A stretch of 64,000 nt of DNA from Paragordius varius (lineage: Eukaryota; Animalia; Nematomorpha), in assembly GCA_964247055.1 (NCBI GenBank), contig OZ176053.1, positions 1,550,001-1,614,000 of the forward strand, in the 5' to 3' direction. The notes under the pieces are model-generated. The model made no database searches. It had not been told where the DNA came from and saw only the letters and a list, made by a program, of their open reading frames with translations. Below are positions 63,633-64,000 of the stretch, in pieces (the stretch's first letter is position 1; the number at the start of each line of letters is the position of its first letter). A program made the translations under genes and the position numbers.

Positions 63633-63908
63633 TAATATATTTAGGTGATGATTTATTTTCTAAAGAAAAGCTAGCGACAAAAAAGCGTGAACACCCCTTG
63701 TATAATGGAAAAAATAATATTTGCATCAGAGTTATTAGTTAGTTCAGGAAATATTTAAAAACTTGTGTTTCCACAATGACATCACGACAAAATATACTAA
63801 TATGTTTTAATATTTTTCAAAAAAGTAAAATAATCAATTTTGTGACATTATTTATAAATACACCCATTGTGTGCCGATTACTCTATATATTTGAAAATCA
63901 ACAATCAA

Positions 63909-63955
<47 letters not shown>

Positions 63956-64000
63956 TATATATATACAATTTTACAATAAATGATTTATTGATTGTGTTGT

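Overview
AT-rich eukaryotic (animal-like) genomic DNA, not prokaryotic; no CRISPR or rRNA. Hand splicing of the sequence recovers eight recognisable genes: CTSZ (3' end), NMNAT, ZC3H3, STX5, DYRK2, B3GALT6, RPL31 and TMX3. It also recovers a GT10 alpha-1,3-fucosyltransferase, a tRNA-Leu(AAG), one probable orphan 3-exon gene, one orphan ORF and a few unresolved exon-like islands. Introns and spacers are filled with transposon debris: a full-length decayed hAT element with a 5-bp TSD, TA- and TTAA-targeting MITEs, hAT MITEs, Helitron-like elements, and a 5'-truncated RTE-type LINE whose RT carries an embedded PHD-type finger. Two observations stand out. (1) A short retroposon family carries HDV-like ribozyme folds: a near-complete core at 17693-17757 (minus strand) fused head-to-head with the LINE, a tandem pair of degenerate cores at 53414-53620, and a shared 3' tail. 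(2) Ultra-short GT-AG introns (20-31 nt) sit almost only at the 5' ends of genes, while downstream introns are 0.1-2.2 kb. All calls were made by eye from the sequence and recalled family motifs; no searches were run and the organism cannot be identified from this window.
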